This document shows, in pieces, positions 27,950 to 38,659 of a stretch of 64,000 nucleotides of DNA. The translations under genes and the position numbers were made by a program. Origin of the DNA: Acidobacteriota bacterium (GTDB taxonomy: Bacteria; Acidobacteriota; UBA890); NCBI GenBank assembly GCA_036398215.1, contig DASWHK010000258.1, positions 12,700 to 76,699 of the forward strand, read 5' to 3'. Positions within the stretch are counted from its first letter, which is position 1. Each line of letters opens with the position of its first letter. Below the pieces are notes generated by a model. The model saw only the letters and a list, made by a program, of their open reading frames with translations. It had not been told where the DNA came from and ran no database searches.

Positions 27950-29017
27950 CTACTCGCCGATGCCGACGCTCGAGCGATCGCCGATCATCAGGTGGTGGGC
28001 GCGCGGCTCGGCGGCGACGCCGTAGACGCGCGCCTGGCGGCCGACGAGGCTGGCCTCGAGGCGGCCCGTGAGGTGCTCGATGCGGGCCCCCTGGAGCACA
28101 ATACAGTGCTCGACGGTGGCGTCCTCGATCACCACGCCGTCGGCCAGCGAGGTGAACGGGCCGACGTCGGCGTGATCCAGCCGGCAGCCGTCGCCGATGA
28201 TCGCCGGGCCACGCACGACGCTGTGGGCGATCGTGGTCCCCCGGCCGACGACGACGTTGCCCTCGATCCGCGAGTCGGCGTCCGGCTCGCTCTCCCGGCG
28301 CGGCTCGAGCGTGCCGAGCACGACGCGGTTGGCCTCCAGCAGGTCGTCGAGGTGGCCGGTGTCTTTCCACCAGCCGCTCACCTGCTGCCAGCGTACCGCC
28401 AGGCCGCGGTCGATCAAGACCTGGATGGCTTCGGTGATCTCCAGCTCGCCACGCGCCGACAGCGACAGCGTCTCGATGGCGGCGAAGACGTTGTGGTCGA
28501 ACAGATAGACGCCGACCAACGCCAGGTCGGAGGGCGGCACGGCGGGCTTCTCGACGACGCGGACGACGCGGTCGCCGTCCAGCGCGATGACGCCGAAGCG
28601 CTGCGGCTCGGGCACCCTGGCGGCGAGGATCTGGGCGTTGGCGCCGCCGGCCGCGAAGGCGTCGACGAACGCCTGGACCCCGTCGCGCAGGATGTTGTCG
28701 CCCAGGTACATGATGAACGGCTCGTCGCCCAGGTAGTCGCGCGAGATCTTGACGGCGTGGGCCAGGCCGCGCGGCGCGTCCTGGGGGATGTAGGTGACGC
28801 TCGCCCCCCAGCGGCCGCCGTCGCCGACGGCGGCCTCGATCTCGGCGGCGGTATCGCCGACGACGATTCCGATGTCGGAGACGCCGGCGGCGACCAGGTG
28901 CTCGATGCCGTAGAACAGCACCGGCTTGTTAGCCACCGGGATGAGCTGCTTGGCGGACGTGTAGGTGAGCGGCCGCAGGCGGGTGCCGGAGCCCCCGGAC
29001 AGGATCAGCCCCTTCAT
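27950..29017 (-). CDS. Glucose-1-phosphate thymidylyltransferase (long-form RmlA with C-terminal left-handed beta-helix)
   Basis: MKGLILSGGSGTRLRPLT nucleotidyltransferase signature; 355 aa. Confidence 0.85.
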   Translation of the reverse strand: MKGLILSGGSGTRLRPLTYTSAKQLIPVANKPVLFYGIEHLVAAGVSDIGIVVGDTAAEIEAAVGDGGRWGASVTYIPQDAPRGLAHAVKISRDYLGDEPFIMYLGDNILRDGVQAFVDAFAAGGANAQILAARVPEPQRFGVIALDGDRVVRVVEKPAVPPSDLALVGVYLFDHNVFAAIETLSLSARGELEITEAIQVLIDRGLAVRWQQVSGWWKDTGHLDDLLEANRVVLGTLEPRRESEPDADSRIEGNVVVGRGTTIAHSVVRGPAIIGDGCRLDHADVGPFTSLADGVVIEDATVEHCIVLQGARIEHLTGRLEASLVGRQARVYGVAAEPRAHHLMIGDRSSVGIGE

Positions 29018-29051
29018 CGCCCCAAGCCGCTGCCGCCGATCATCGTCGTCC

Positions 29052-31364
29052 TCAGCGATCGCTCCCGAAGCCCAGCTGGCCGACGTTGAGGAGCTCGAGC
29101 AGCACCGAGAACTGGAACTCCTCGCGGTAGGAGAAGTTCACCCGCCGCAGCTGGCCGCCGATCGAGCAGCACTGGGTGTTCCAGGTGCCGCCGATCGCGT
29201 AGGCCTGCAGCAGCCGCTCGCTGACGTCCCAGGTCAGGTTGCCACTCACGGTCACCAATCGGTCGAGCAGGTTCACCCGCCCGCTGCCGGTCAGCCGGTC
29301 GGTGGAGGTGACGTCGACCTTGGCGGGGTCTTCCTCGTTCGGGGTCGTCCGGGCGCTGCGGAACCAGGTCACGTAGGCGCCGCCGTCGGGCGAGGTCATG
29401 CTGCCGGTCAGGGTGAAGCCGCCGGGCCGGAAGTCGGGGGTGAACCGGATGCTGCCGCTGAAGTTGATGACCGGCGTCGGGGTGACCCTGGCGCCGAGCG
29501 ACCACGGCAGCGGGATGGTGGGAAACAGCACGTCTTCCTCGCGCTCGCGGAGATCGAAATCGTGGGCGAGCTCGACGCTGAAGACCTCCCAGACGCTGCG
29601 TTGATCGTCGTTCGGGGTGTTGAAGCGCTTGGCCAGGAAGCGGTTGGTCAGCGAGGCGCGGGCGAAGTGCCGATCGCCGCCGAAGCGGTCGATCTCGTCG
29701 AACTGGATGATCTCGCTGTTGCTGAAGCCGAGGTGCTCGAGCTCCGCCAGCCGCCCCCAGGTGAAGCGCGGCTCCAGGACGTGCTTGTAGCGCGGCGAGT
29801 AGTTGCTGGCGGGAGTATCGAAGATCCGGAACAGGCTCGGTCCGACCACCTGCACGCCGGTCTGATAGACGTTGCGGAAGATCGGCTCGTCTTCGAACTC
29901 GCCGCCCACGGTCCGCTCGTTGTAGTGGGTCGAGCGCCAGGCGAGAAACGGGCTGAAGGTCAGCCAGGGGATCTGGGTGAACTGCAGCGAGACCTCCGGG
30001 AAGGCATCGAGGCGCTGGTAGCGGCCGCCGCGCGGCTCGACCTCGGCCGCCCGTTCCTCGCGCAACAAGCCCGCGTAGGATCCTTCGAGCTGGAAGTACA
30101 GAGACTCGAAGATCGGCTTTCGGCGGACCCGGAACTCGACCTCGGGCAGCCGGCGGCGGACGACCGAGTCGGTGTTGCCGAAGAACGTCTGGTTGTGGTC
30201 GCCGACGATGTTGAGCGAGTAGCTGCTCCACGAGCGGGTCAGGAAGAGGCCGGCCGAGGAGTTGCGGCGCAGGAACCGGTCGAAGTCGTCCTCGAACCCC
30301 TGCACGAATTCCTTGCTCGAGAAGAACGCGGCGTCGGCGTTGAGCCGCCAGCGGCGCGGCAGATTGTGCATGTGGTCGCCGTCGATCGACCAGCCGCCGG
30401 CGACCGGCCCGAACTCGGCCGTGGGATCGACGGCGTCGGGGTCCGAGCCCTGAAGCCAGAGGAACTGCGCCGTCCCCGCCGACTGCGCGGTGAGCCGGTG
30501 GCGGAACTCCGTGCTGACCGCCGAGCGCGCCTTCGAGTAGTAGTCGTAGGTCAGCGTCGCGTCGGTGCTGCGGCTGATCGCCCAGAAGAACGGCTGCCGG
30601 TACATGAAGCCCTTGCGGGTGGAGGAGCCGACGGCGGGCAGCAGCAGCCCGGTGGAGCGGCGGTCCTCGTCGATCGGCCAGTAGAGCGCCGGCAGCACCA
30701 CCAGCGGCACGCCCTTGACCTTGAAGACCGGCACCTTCATGGTCACGTGGTCGTCGGCGTACAGATCGAAACTGCGGGCGGTGAACTCCCAGATCGGCAG
30801 CGCCTGGGTGCAGGGCGTCACGACGCCGTTCTCGATCCGGTAGGAGCCCGGCTCCCTCTGCTCGATCGTCGCGCCGCGGAAGTAGACACCCCCCGGCCCG
30901 GTGCCGACGGCGTTCTCGATGACGCCGGTCCCCGTCTTCAACAGGCCGGTCATCCGCGTGCCGTTGAGCACCACTTCGCCGGCCTCCAGGGTCACGTTGC
31001 CGGTCGCCTCGAAGCGGTGATCGGCCTGTGGATCGGAGGGGTCCGCGGGCGCCGTCAGCACGACGCGGTCGGCCTGCAGCCGCCAATCGGGGCGGCCGTC
31101 GATGTCGACGTATCCCGAGAGGACGATCGTGCCGCCGGCGAACTCGAAGCTGTCGTAGTGGATCCGGGCGTCCAGCCCGGGGATGCTGAAGGGGGCCGAC
31201 TGCTGGGGGTCTTGCGGTCGAGCGGCCGGCTGCTGGCCCTGCGGTGGTCGTGGTGCGGCAGACGCCGGGCCCGGCGCCGACAACCCCGCGGCGATCGCCA
31301 GGGCCCCGGCGGCGGCCGCCAAGCGTCGCGTCGGGCTCGAGATGGGCGGCGCAGAGAGTCGCAT
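29052..31364 (-). CDS. lptD: LPS-assembly outer-membrane protein LptD (OstA)
   Basis: 770 aa, signal peptide, OstA N-terminal and LptD beta-barrel domains. Confidence 0.8.
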   Translation of the reverse strand: MRLSAPPISSPTRRLAAAAGALAIAAGLSAPGPASAAPRPPQGQQPAARPQDPQQSAPFSIPGLDARIHYDSFEFAGGTIVLSGYVDIDGRPDWRLQADRVVLTAPADPSDPQADHRFEATGNVTLEAGEVVLNGTRMTGLLKTGTGVIENAVGTGPGGVYFRGATIEQREPGSYRIENGVVTPCTQALPIWEFTARSFDLYADDHVTMKVPVFKVKGVPLVVLPALYWPIDEDRRSTGLLLPAVGSSTRKGFMYRQPFFWAISRSTDATLTYDYYSKARSAVSTEFRHRLTAQSAGTAQFLWLQGSDPDAVDPTAEFGPVAGGWSIDGDHMHNLPRRWRLNADAAFFSSKEFVQGFEDDFDRFLRRNSSAGLFLTRSWSSYSLNIVGDHNQTFFGNTDSVVRRRLPEVEFRVRRKPIFESLYFQLEGSYAGLLREERAAEVEPRGGRYQRLDAFPEVSLQFTQIPWLTFSPFLAWRSTHYNERTVGGEFEDEPIFRNVYQTGVQVVGPSLFRIFDTPASNYSPRYKHVLEPRFTWGRLAELEHLGFSNSEIIQFDEIDRFGGDRHFARASLTNRFLAKRFNTPNDDQRSVWEVFSVELAHDFDLREREEDVLFPTIPLPWSLGARVTPTPVINFSGSIRFTPDFRPGGFTLTGSMTSPDGGAYVTWFRSARTTPNEEDPAKVDVTSTDRLTGSGRVNLLDRLVTVSGNLTWDVSERLLQAYAIGGTWNTQCCSIGGQLRRVNFSYREEFQFSVLLELLNVGQLGFGSDR

Positions 31365-31472
31365 GGCTCCGGAGGTGAGGGTCGTTGCTACTCTAGCAGG
31401 CCGTGGGCGCGCGCAGAGCGTGGGCGCGGCCGTTCACCAGCAGGCTGTCTGCCCCGGGGTGAGCGGCGCACG

Positions 31473-32780
31473 TCAACCCTCGACCAGAAGGGGGCGCAAC
31501 GCCCCGACCAGGAAGATGGACCCGCAGATACAGATCAGGTCCTCGGGCGCCGCGGCCTGGCGGGCCCGCGCCAGGGCCTCGGCGGGGTCGGGGATCGCCT
31601 GGCGCTGGCTGGGCGCCGAGGCCAGCTCCAGCAGCTCGGCGGCGGGCTTCGCCCGCGACGACGGCGCCTGGGTGGCGATCAGCTCGTCGGCCAGCGGATA
31701 GAGGGCGGCGGCCATCCCGGCGCTGTCCTTGTCGGCGAGCGTGGCGAACACCAGATGGAGCCGGTCGTACGCCTTGCGGCGGCGAAGCTCCCAGAGGTAC
31801 TCGGCCAGCGCCTTGGCGCCCGACGGGTTGTGGGCGGCGTCGAGCAGGACCGACGGGCCCTCTTCGAGCCATTCGCAGCGCCCCGGCCAACGGGCGCTCC
31901 GCAGCCCCGCCCAGATGGCGTCCGAGCCGATCCGCAGCCGCCGCCGGTCGAGGGCCTCGGCGGCGAGGATGGCGCACTGGGCGTTCTCGACTTGATGCCG
32001 CCCGGGGAGGGCGACCTCGAGGCCGACGTAGTCGCGCAGCCGCCCGAGGCAGTCGATCGTGTGGCGCAACCGGGAGTCGGTGCGGCGCACCACGGCCGGG
32101 TAGGCGTCGATCTCCCAGAGCGTCGCACCGACCGACTCGGCGTAGCGGCGGATCACTCCGAGGGCCGCCGGCGCCTGCGACGCGGTGACCGCCATGCCAC
32201 CCGGCGCGATCACCGCGGCCTTCTCGGCGGCGATGGCGCCCAGGTCGTCGCCCAGGTACTCCTGATGGTCGAGAGCCACGGAGGAGATCACCGCGACCCG
32301 CGGCCGGGTGACGTTGGTGGCGTCCCAGCGGCCGCCGAGCCCGACCTCGAGGACCGCCAGCTCGACCCGGGCCTCGGCGAAGTAGCGAAACGCCACCGCG
32401 GTGAGGATCTCGAAGTACGAGGGCGGCTGCGCCATGCGGCCGTCCTCCACCAGCTTGTCGGCAGCTGCCAGCACGACGCCGAGCTGGGCGTCGAAGCCGG
32501 CGGCGCTGATACGGGCGCCGTCCACCTGGAAGCGCTCCTCGACGGCCGAAAGGTGAGGCGAGGTGTAGAGGCCGACGCGGTGGCCAGCGGCGCGACCGAT
32601 GGCAGTCAGCATGGCGGCGATCGAGCCCTTGCCGTTGGTGCCGCCGATGATCGCCGTCGGATAGGCCAGCTGCGGCGCGCCGAGCGCCTCCAGCAGCAGG
32701 CGGATGCGCTCGAGCCCAGGCGTGATCTCGTGCGGATCGATGGACTCGAGGCGCCGCCGGATGCTACTTCCGTCGGCCAT
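31473..32780 (-). CDS. folC: Bifunctional folylpolyglutamate synthase / dihydrofolate synthase
   Basis: IIGGTNGKGS P-loop, Mur-ligase fold; adjacent to accD as in many bacteria. Confidence 0.85.
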   Translation of the reverse strand: MADGSSIRRRLESIDPHEITPGLERIRLLLEALGAPQLAYPTAIIGGTNGKGSIAAMLTAIGRAAGHRVGLYTSPHLSAVEERFQVDGARISAAGFDAQLGVVLAAADKLVEDGRMAQPPSYFEILTAVAFRYFAEARVELAVLEVGLGGRWDATNVTRPRVAVISSVALDHQEYLGDDLGAIAAEKAAVIAPGGMAVTASQAPAALGVIRRYAESVGATLWEIDAYPAVVRRTDSRLRHTIDCLGRLRDYVGLEVALPGRHQVENAQCAILAAEALDRRRLRIGSDAIWAGLRSARWPGRCEWLEEGPSVLLDAAHNPSGAKALAEYLWELRRRKAYDRLHLVFATLADKDSAGMAAALYPLADELIATQAPSSRAKPAAELLELASAPSQRQAIPDPAEALARARQAAAPEDLICICGSIFLVGALRPLLVEG

Positions 32781-32783
32781 CCG

Positions 32784-33719
32784 TCATCGCGTCTGCGGAT
32801 CCGAGTCGTCGGCCTCGGGTTGGTCCGTGGGAATCTCGGAGTAGGCGCCCGAGACGGTGGCGGCGAGCAGGTCGGCCGGCAGCAGGTAACGGATGGCGCG
32901 GGACAGCGTCTCCTTGAGCTCGGAGCGCGGCACCACCAGGTCGAGCATGCCGTGCTCGAGGAGGAACTCGCTGCGCTGAAAGCCCTCCGGGAGCTTCTCG
33001 CGGATGCTCTGCTCGATGACCCGCGGCCCCGCGAACCCGATCAGGGCCCGCGGCTCGGCGATGTTCAGGTCCCCGAGCATCGCGAACGAGGCGGTGACAC
33101 CGCCGGTGGTCGGATCGGTGAGCACCGAGATGAAAGGCAACCGGGCGGCGGCGAGTCGGGCGAGCGCGCCGGAGATCTTGGCCATCTGCATCAGCGACAG
33201 GGCCCCCTCCTGCATGCGCGCCCCGCCGGAGCTCGCGACGATCACCAGCGGCCGCTGGCTCGCCAACGCCCGCTCGATCGCCCGGGTGATCTTCTCGCCG
33301 ACCACCGAGCCCATGCTGCCGCCCATGAAGCCGTACTCCATCACCACGACGATCGCCGGGACGCCGTCGATGGTCGACTCGACGGTGACCACCGCGTCCT
33401 TGCGCCCGGTGCGCTTCTGGTACTCGCGCAGCCGCTTCGCGTAGGGCTTGGTATCGGCGAAGCCGAGCGCGTCGACCGGCTCGATCTGGGCGTCGAGCTC
33501 CTCCCAGGCGCCATCGTCGCAGAGCAGCTCCAGCCGTTCCCGCGCCGAGATTCGGAAGTGGTAGTTGCACTTCGGACAGACATTGGCGTTGCGCCCGACT
33601 TCCTTGCGGTAGATGAACTCCCCGCAGTGGTTGCACTTGGTCCACAGGCCCTCCGGCATGTCGACCTTGCGGTCGCCGACCGGACGCTTGCTGCCACCCT
33701 TGTTGCGGAACCAGGCCAT
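32784..33719 (-). CDS. accD: Acetyl-CoA carboxylase carboxyltransferase beta subunit
   Basis: N-terminal zinc ribbon CNHCGEF...CPKCNYH, carboxyltransferase domain. Confidence 0.9.
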   Translation of the reverse strand: MAWFRNKGGSKRPVGDRKVDMPEGLWTKCNHCGEFIYRKEVGRNANVCPKCNYHFRISARERLELLCDDGAWEELDAQIEPVDALGFADTKPYAKRLREYQKRTGRKDAVVTVESTIDGVPAIVVVMEYGFMGGSMGSVVGEKITRAIERALASQRPLVIVASSGGARMQEGALSLMQMAKISGALARLAAARLPFISVLTDPTTGGVTASFAMLGDLNIAEPRALIGFAGPRVIEQSIREKLPEGFQRSEFLLEHGMLDLVVPRSELKETLSRAIRYLLPADLLAATVSGAYSEIPTDQPEADDSDPQTR

Positions 33720-33985
33720 CGGAGGTCAGCTCGGGCCCGGGCGGCGCCGGCGAGATTCGGCGAGCCCGGTGGGGGGCGGAACGGGGAAATCCTGGGGAAA
33801 GATCCGCCGGGAAGCGAACATGAAAGGATGCTATCGACCCCGTCGGCGGGCAGTCAAGCGCGTTGCGCCGCCGTGTCCGGCTGGCTACTGTGCTAGCCGG
33901 GCCGTCTCAACGGGTCACGGAGCGAGCGCCGGGGGCGGGCCGTGGCGGGCGACGACGCGCGTCCCGGAATGGGGACCGAAGCGCA

Positions 33986-35032
<1,047 letters not shown>

Positions 35033-35041
35033 CGGCTCCCG

Positions 35042-36064
35042 ATGTTGGTGCTCGGCATCGAGACCTCCTGCGACGAGACCGCGGCCGCGATCGTCGCCGA
35101 CGGCGTCCGCGTGCGCAGCAACATCGTCTCCAGCCAGGTCGACCACGCGGCCTTCGGCGGCGTCGTGCCGGAGCTGGCGGCGCGCCGGCACGTCGAGAGC
35201 CTGCCGTGGGTGGTCGAGGCCGCCTTGCGCACCGCCTCCGTCGATTGGCGCGATGTCGAAGGCATCGGGATCACCCGCGGGCCGGGCCTGGTGGGGGCGC
35301 TTCTCACCGGCTGGTGCTACGGTCGCGCCGCGGCGCGCGCCGTCGACATCCCCTGGGTCGGCGTCAACCATCTCGCCGCCCACGTCCACGGCGCCTTGAT
35401 GCCGCCGCTGGAAGCGGGTACCCGCGTGGACTTTCCGCTGCTCGCGCTGGTGGTCTCCGGCGGACATACGGCCCTGCACCGGCTCGACGCCGAGGGCGGC
35501 TTCCAGCGGCTCGGCGAGACGCTCGACGATGCCGCCGGCGAGGCGTTCGACAAGGTCGCGGCGCTGCTCGGGCTCGGCTACCCGGGCGGGCCGGTGATCG
35601 ATCGGCTCGCCGCGCGCGGCGATCCGCAGGCGGTGCCCTTGCCGCGGGCGCGCCTCGACAACCCGATGGACTTCTCCTTTTCGGGGCTGAAGACGGCAGT
35701 GCGCCGCGAGGCGCTGGCCCGTGGCCTGCGCCCCGGCCGCAGCGAAGATCCCCAGGTGCTCGACCTGGTGGCCTCGTTCCAGCTCGCCGTCATCGACGCG
35801 CTGGTCGCCGCCACCGACGCCGCCCTCCGCCGGCAGCCGGTTCGCGGGCTGGCGGTCGCCGGCGGCGTCGCCGCCAACCGCGCCCTTCGCGCCCGCATGG
35901 AGGAGCTCGCCAGTGGCCACGGGTTGCCCCTCTACCTGTCGCCGCCGGAGCTCTCGACCGACAACGCCGCGATGGTGGCGGGGCAGGCCTGGAGCCGCTT
36001 GGCGGCGGGCGAGGCCGACGGCTTCGACCTGACCGTGCGGGCGAGCTGGCCGCTGGGCGGGTGA
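35042..36064 (+). CDS. tsaD: tRNA N6-adenosine threonylcarbamoyltransferase TsaD
   Basis: MLVLGIETSCDETAAAIV...Kae1/YgjD family. Confidence 0.9.
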   Translation: MLVLGIETSCDETAAAIVADGVRVRSNIVSSQVDHAAFGGVVPELAARRHVESLPWVVEAALRTASVDWRDVEGIGITRGPGLVGALLTGWCYGRAAARAVDIPWVGVNHLAAHVHGALMPPLEAGTRVDFPLLALVVSGGHTALHRLDAEGGFQRLGETLDDAAGEAFDKVAALLGLGYPGGPVIDRLAARGDPQAVPLPRARLDNPMDFSFSGLKTAVRREALARGLRPGRSEDPQVLDLVASFQLAVIDALVAATDAALRRQPVRGLAVAGGVAANRALRARMEELASGHGLPLYLSPPELSTDNAAMVAGQAWSRLAAGEADGFDLTVRASWPLGG

Positions 36065-36966
36065 GCGCTAAAGTGGGCGAGACGGCCATCGGCGTCGATA
36101 TCGGCGCCACGCGCACCAAGATGGTGGTGCTGGCGGATTCCGGCGAGGTGCTCGACAGCCGCGAGCTCGCCTCGAACTTCCGCTCGCCGAAGGCGGTGGT
36201 GGCGGCGGTCGCCGCGGCGATCGCCGATTGGGCCGGCGACGGCGAAGGGGCGCGAGCGGCGGCCATCGGCCTGGCAGTGCCGGGCCTGGTGGAGCGCTCG
36301 ACCGGCACGGTGCTGCGGGCCCCCAACCTGCTCGCCCTCGAGGGCTTCGGGATCGGCCCGGCGCTGGTCGCCGCGACCGGCCTGCCGGTGAGCCTCGACA
36401 ACGACGCCAACGCCGCCGGGCTCGCCGAAGCGGTGCTCGGCGCCGCCGCCGGCTGTGAGGCCGCGGTATGCCTGACGGTCGGCACCGGCGTCGGCGGCGC
36501 CATCGTCCACGGCGGACGTCTGTGGCGCGGCCCCGGCGGGCTGGCCGGCGAGCTCGGCCGCCTGATCCTCGACCCCGAAGGCCGCGTCCACTTCGAAGAG
36601 CAGGTCGGCGCGGCGGCGGTCGTTGCCGCCTACGCGCGGCGGGCCGGGGCGCCGCCGGGGGACATCGACGCCGAGCGGGTCGGCGAGCGGGCGGCGGCGG
36701 GCGACCGAGCCGCCCGCGAAGCGCTGGCGGAATGCGGTCGCCATCTGGGGGTCGGTCTGGCGATCCTGATGAACCTGCTGAACCCGCAGCGTATCGTCGT
36801 CGGCGGCGGCGTCGCCAGCGCCGGCGAATGGCTCCTGGAGCCCGCCCGCGAGGAGGCCGCGCGGCGGGCGTGGGGCGAGGCATGGGAGCAGTGCGAGGTG
36901 GTGCCGGCGCAGCTCGGCGCCCGGGCGGGGGCGATCGGTGCCGCCCTGTTGTGCTGGCATGATTGA
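36061..36966 (+). CDS. ROK-family sugar kinase (glucokinase-like)
   Basis: IGVDIGATRTK ATPase motif and ROK signature (GTGVGGAIV, C...C...); GTG start overlapping the tsaD stop (alternatively GTG at 36073); no N-terminal HTH. Confidence 0.75.
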   Translation: MSAKVGETAIGVDIGATRTKMVVLADSGEVLDSRELASNFRSPKAVVAAVAAAIADWAGDGEGARAAAIGLAVPGLVERSTGTVLRAPNLLALEGFGIGPALVAATGLPVSLDNDANAAGLAEAVLGAAAGCEAAVCLTVGTGVGGAIVHGGRLWRGPGGLAGELGRLILDPEGRVHFEEQVGAAAVVAAYARRAGAPPGDIDAERVGERAAAGDRAAREALAECGRHLGVGLAILMNLLNPQRIVVGGGVASAGEWLLEPAREEAARRAWGEAWEQCEVVPAQLGARAGAIGAALLCWHD

Positions 36967-37002
36967 ATGCTCCGCAGGCCCGTTGGCAAAGCATGGTTTC
37001 AC

Positions 37003-37045
37003 CGCGGCCTGCTGTTGGGCTACATTAGCTGTCAAATTGGTGCAT
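37003..37045 (-). repeat. REP-like repeat copy in reverse orientation (gtagcccaacagcaggccgcggtgaaaccatgctttgcc on minus strand)
   Basis: Reverse complement of plus-strand 37003-37045 matches the family consensus, including a 5' GTAG. Confidence 0.55.
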
Positions 37046-37094
37046 TACCTCGTCGTGATCGGGGCTGCACATCCATGAGCAACAACGAATAGAA

Positions 37095-37754
37095 ATGCAG
37101 AAATCGACCCTCCGCGAGTACACCGAATCGATCCTCATCGCCGCGATCCTGGCGCTCTTCATCCGCAGCTTCGTCTTTCAGGCCTTCAAGATCCCGACCG
37201 GGTCGATGGAGGACAACCTGCTGGTCGGCGACCACATCCTGGTGAACAAGTTCATCTACGGCCCCACCGCCACGCCGCTGGAGGAATGGTTGCTGCCGGT
37301 GCGGCCGCTGGAACGCCAGGACGTGATCGTGTTTCGCGCCCCCCAGGAGCCCGACAAGGACTTCATCAAGCGGGTCATCGGCTTGCCCGGCGAGAGCGTC
37401 GTGGTCGAGGGTGGCGATGTCGTCGTCGACGGCAAGCCGATCGACGACCCCTTTGCCAACCACAAGGCCTCGTTCGGCAGCTTCCACGACACCCGGGAGC
37501 CGATCGAGGTCCCCCCGGGCGAGTTCTTCGTGATGGGCGACAACCGCGAGAACAGCCGTGACTCCCGCTACTGGGGCACGGTCCCGAGGGCGTACATCAA
37601 GGGCAAGGCGATGCTGGTGTACTGGTCCTACGAGTCCGACGAGCAGTCGTATGTCAGCACCGGTCTGGCCGACAGCCTACGGCAGTTCGGCAACGTGATC
37701 CTGCATTTCTTCACCCGCACGCGCTGGGAGCGGACCTTTCAGATCATTCGCTAG
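37095..37754 (+). CDS. lepB: Signal peptidase I
   Basis: IPTGSMEDNL (Ser box) and GDNRENSRDSRYWG (Lys/box E) motifs. Confidence 0.9.
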   Translation: MQKSTLREYTESILIAAILALFIRSFVFQAFKIPTGSMEDNLLVGDHILVNKFIYGPTATPLEEWLLPVRPLERQDVIVFRAPQEPDKDFIKRVIGLPGESVVVEGGDVVVDGKPIDDPFANHKASFGSFHDTREPIEVPPGEFFVMGDNRENSRDSRYWGTVPRAYIKGKAMLVYWSYESDEQSYVSTGLADSLRQFGNVILHFFTRTRWERTFQIIR

Positions 37755-37792
37755 CAATCCGTGGTGAAACCCCGATGGGTCTGGTTGCGGCG
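37752..37792 (+). repeat. REP-like intergenic repeat (tagcaatccgtggtgaaaccccgatgggtctggttgcggcg); its TAG is the lepB stop codon
   Basis: See findings. Confidence 0.65.
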
Positions 37793-37821
37793 ATAAAAGG
37801 CGGTCAAGGAAGGGGGAAGGG

Positions 37822-38253
37822 ATGAGCGAGCGACGCAATACCAACCACTGCGGTGGGGCGAGCCTACCGGCGTGGAGGCAGCAGTCGGGTAAAGCGACGA
37901 TTCGCGGCCTGATCGGCCTGCTGCTGATCGTCGGTCTCATCTACGCGGGGTACAAGTTCATTCCCGTGCGTGCCGCCGCCTACCAGTTCGCCGACGCCGT
38001 ACGCGACGAAGTGGTGTTCGCCGGAGGCCGCAGAGGCGCCCGGCGAGCGACCGACGACACGATCCGGCAGAACCTCCTGGAGCAGGCGCGGATGCTGAAC
38101 CTGCCCGTCGGCGCGGGCGACATCCAGATCACCCGGCCGGGCGCCAAGTACATCAGCATCGACGTGACCTATACGGTCCCCGTCGAGCTCATCGGCGGCT
38201 ACGTGTTCAACTGGACCTTCAGCCCGCACTCCGAAGGCCCGTTGATCTTCTGA
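37822..38253 (+). CDS. Hypothetical membrane-anchored protein (single TM + ~100-aa extracytoplasmic domain)
   Basis: 143 aa; GGAAGGGGGAAGGG RBS before ATG; transmembrane segment LIGLLLIVGLIYAGY. Confidence 0.55.
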   Translation: MSERRNTNHCGGASLPAWRQQSGKATIRGLIGLLLIVGLIYAGYKFIPVRAAAYQFADAVRDEVVFAGGRRGARRATDDTIRQNLLEQARMLNLPVGAGDIQITRPGAKYISIDVTYTVPVELIGGYVFNWTFSPHSEGPLIF

Positions 38254-38316
38254 GCGGCTCGAAGCGTCCAATCGGCAGCGCCGCCGCCACGCCTCGCGGC
38301 CGTGTTGTGGCGCGGC

Positions 38317-38613
38317 TCAGCGCAGGCGCCGGGCGAGGTCGAAGAGCGATTGCACCAGGGCGCGCTGCAGGAACACGATGATCACCAGGACCACAAGCGG
38401 CGAGATATCGATCCCCGACATCGGCGGCAGGCGGCGGCGGATCGGCCGCAGGATCGGCTCCGTGGTCGTGTACAGGAACTGGACGATCGGGTTGTAGGGG
38501 CTGGCCTGGACCCACGAGATCACCGCGCGCGCGAAGACCAGGATCAGCAAGAAGGTCAACCCCATGTTCAGGATGTAGGCTATCGCCTCCAGCAGGTTGG
38601 CAACTATGAACAC
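38317..38613 (-). CDS. yggT: YggT family membrane protein
   Basis: 98 aa with two transmembrane segments; YGGT signature (PIVQFLY..TEPIL..IRR); downstream of yggS. Confidence 0.8.
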   Translation of the reverse strand: MFIVANLLEAIAYILNMGLTFLLILVFARAVISWVQASPYNPIVQFLYTTTEPILRPIRRRLPPMSGIDISPLVVLVIIVFLQRALVQSLFDLARRLR

Positions 38614-38659
38614 TGCGAGCTCCTGTCCCGTGGTGGTGGCGGAGACGATCTCGATGACA

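Noticed and set aside
31490-31505. GGGGGCG-caac-GCCCC hairpin
   Set aside because: Lies inside the 3' end of folC coding sequence on the opposite strand and has no T-tract; not a terminator.
28965-33896. 1643-aa + strand ORF and many other long ORFs in the track (e.g. 1198-2916 -, 18442-20142 +, 22511-23596 +, 60795-63176 -, 56597-57787 +)
   Set aside because: They are Arg/Pro/Gly-rich, lie antisense to well-supported genes (rmlA, lptD, folC, accD, rpoD, murE, rsmH, S9 peptidase) and show the typical stop-codon-poor antisense frames of a ~70% GC genome; they are not real CDS.
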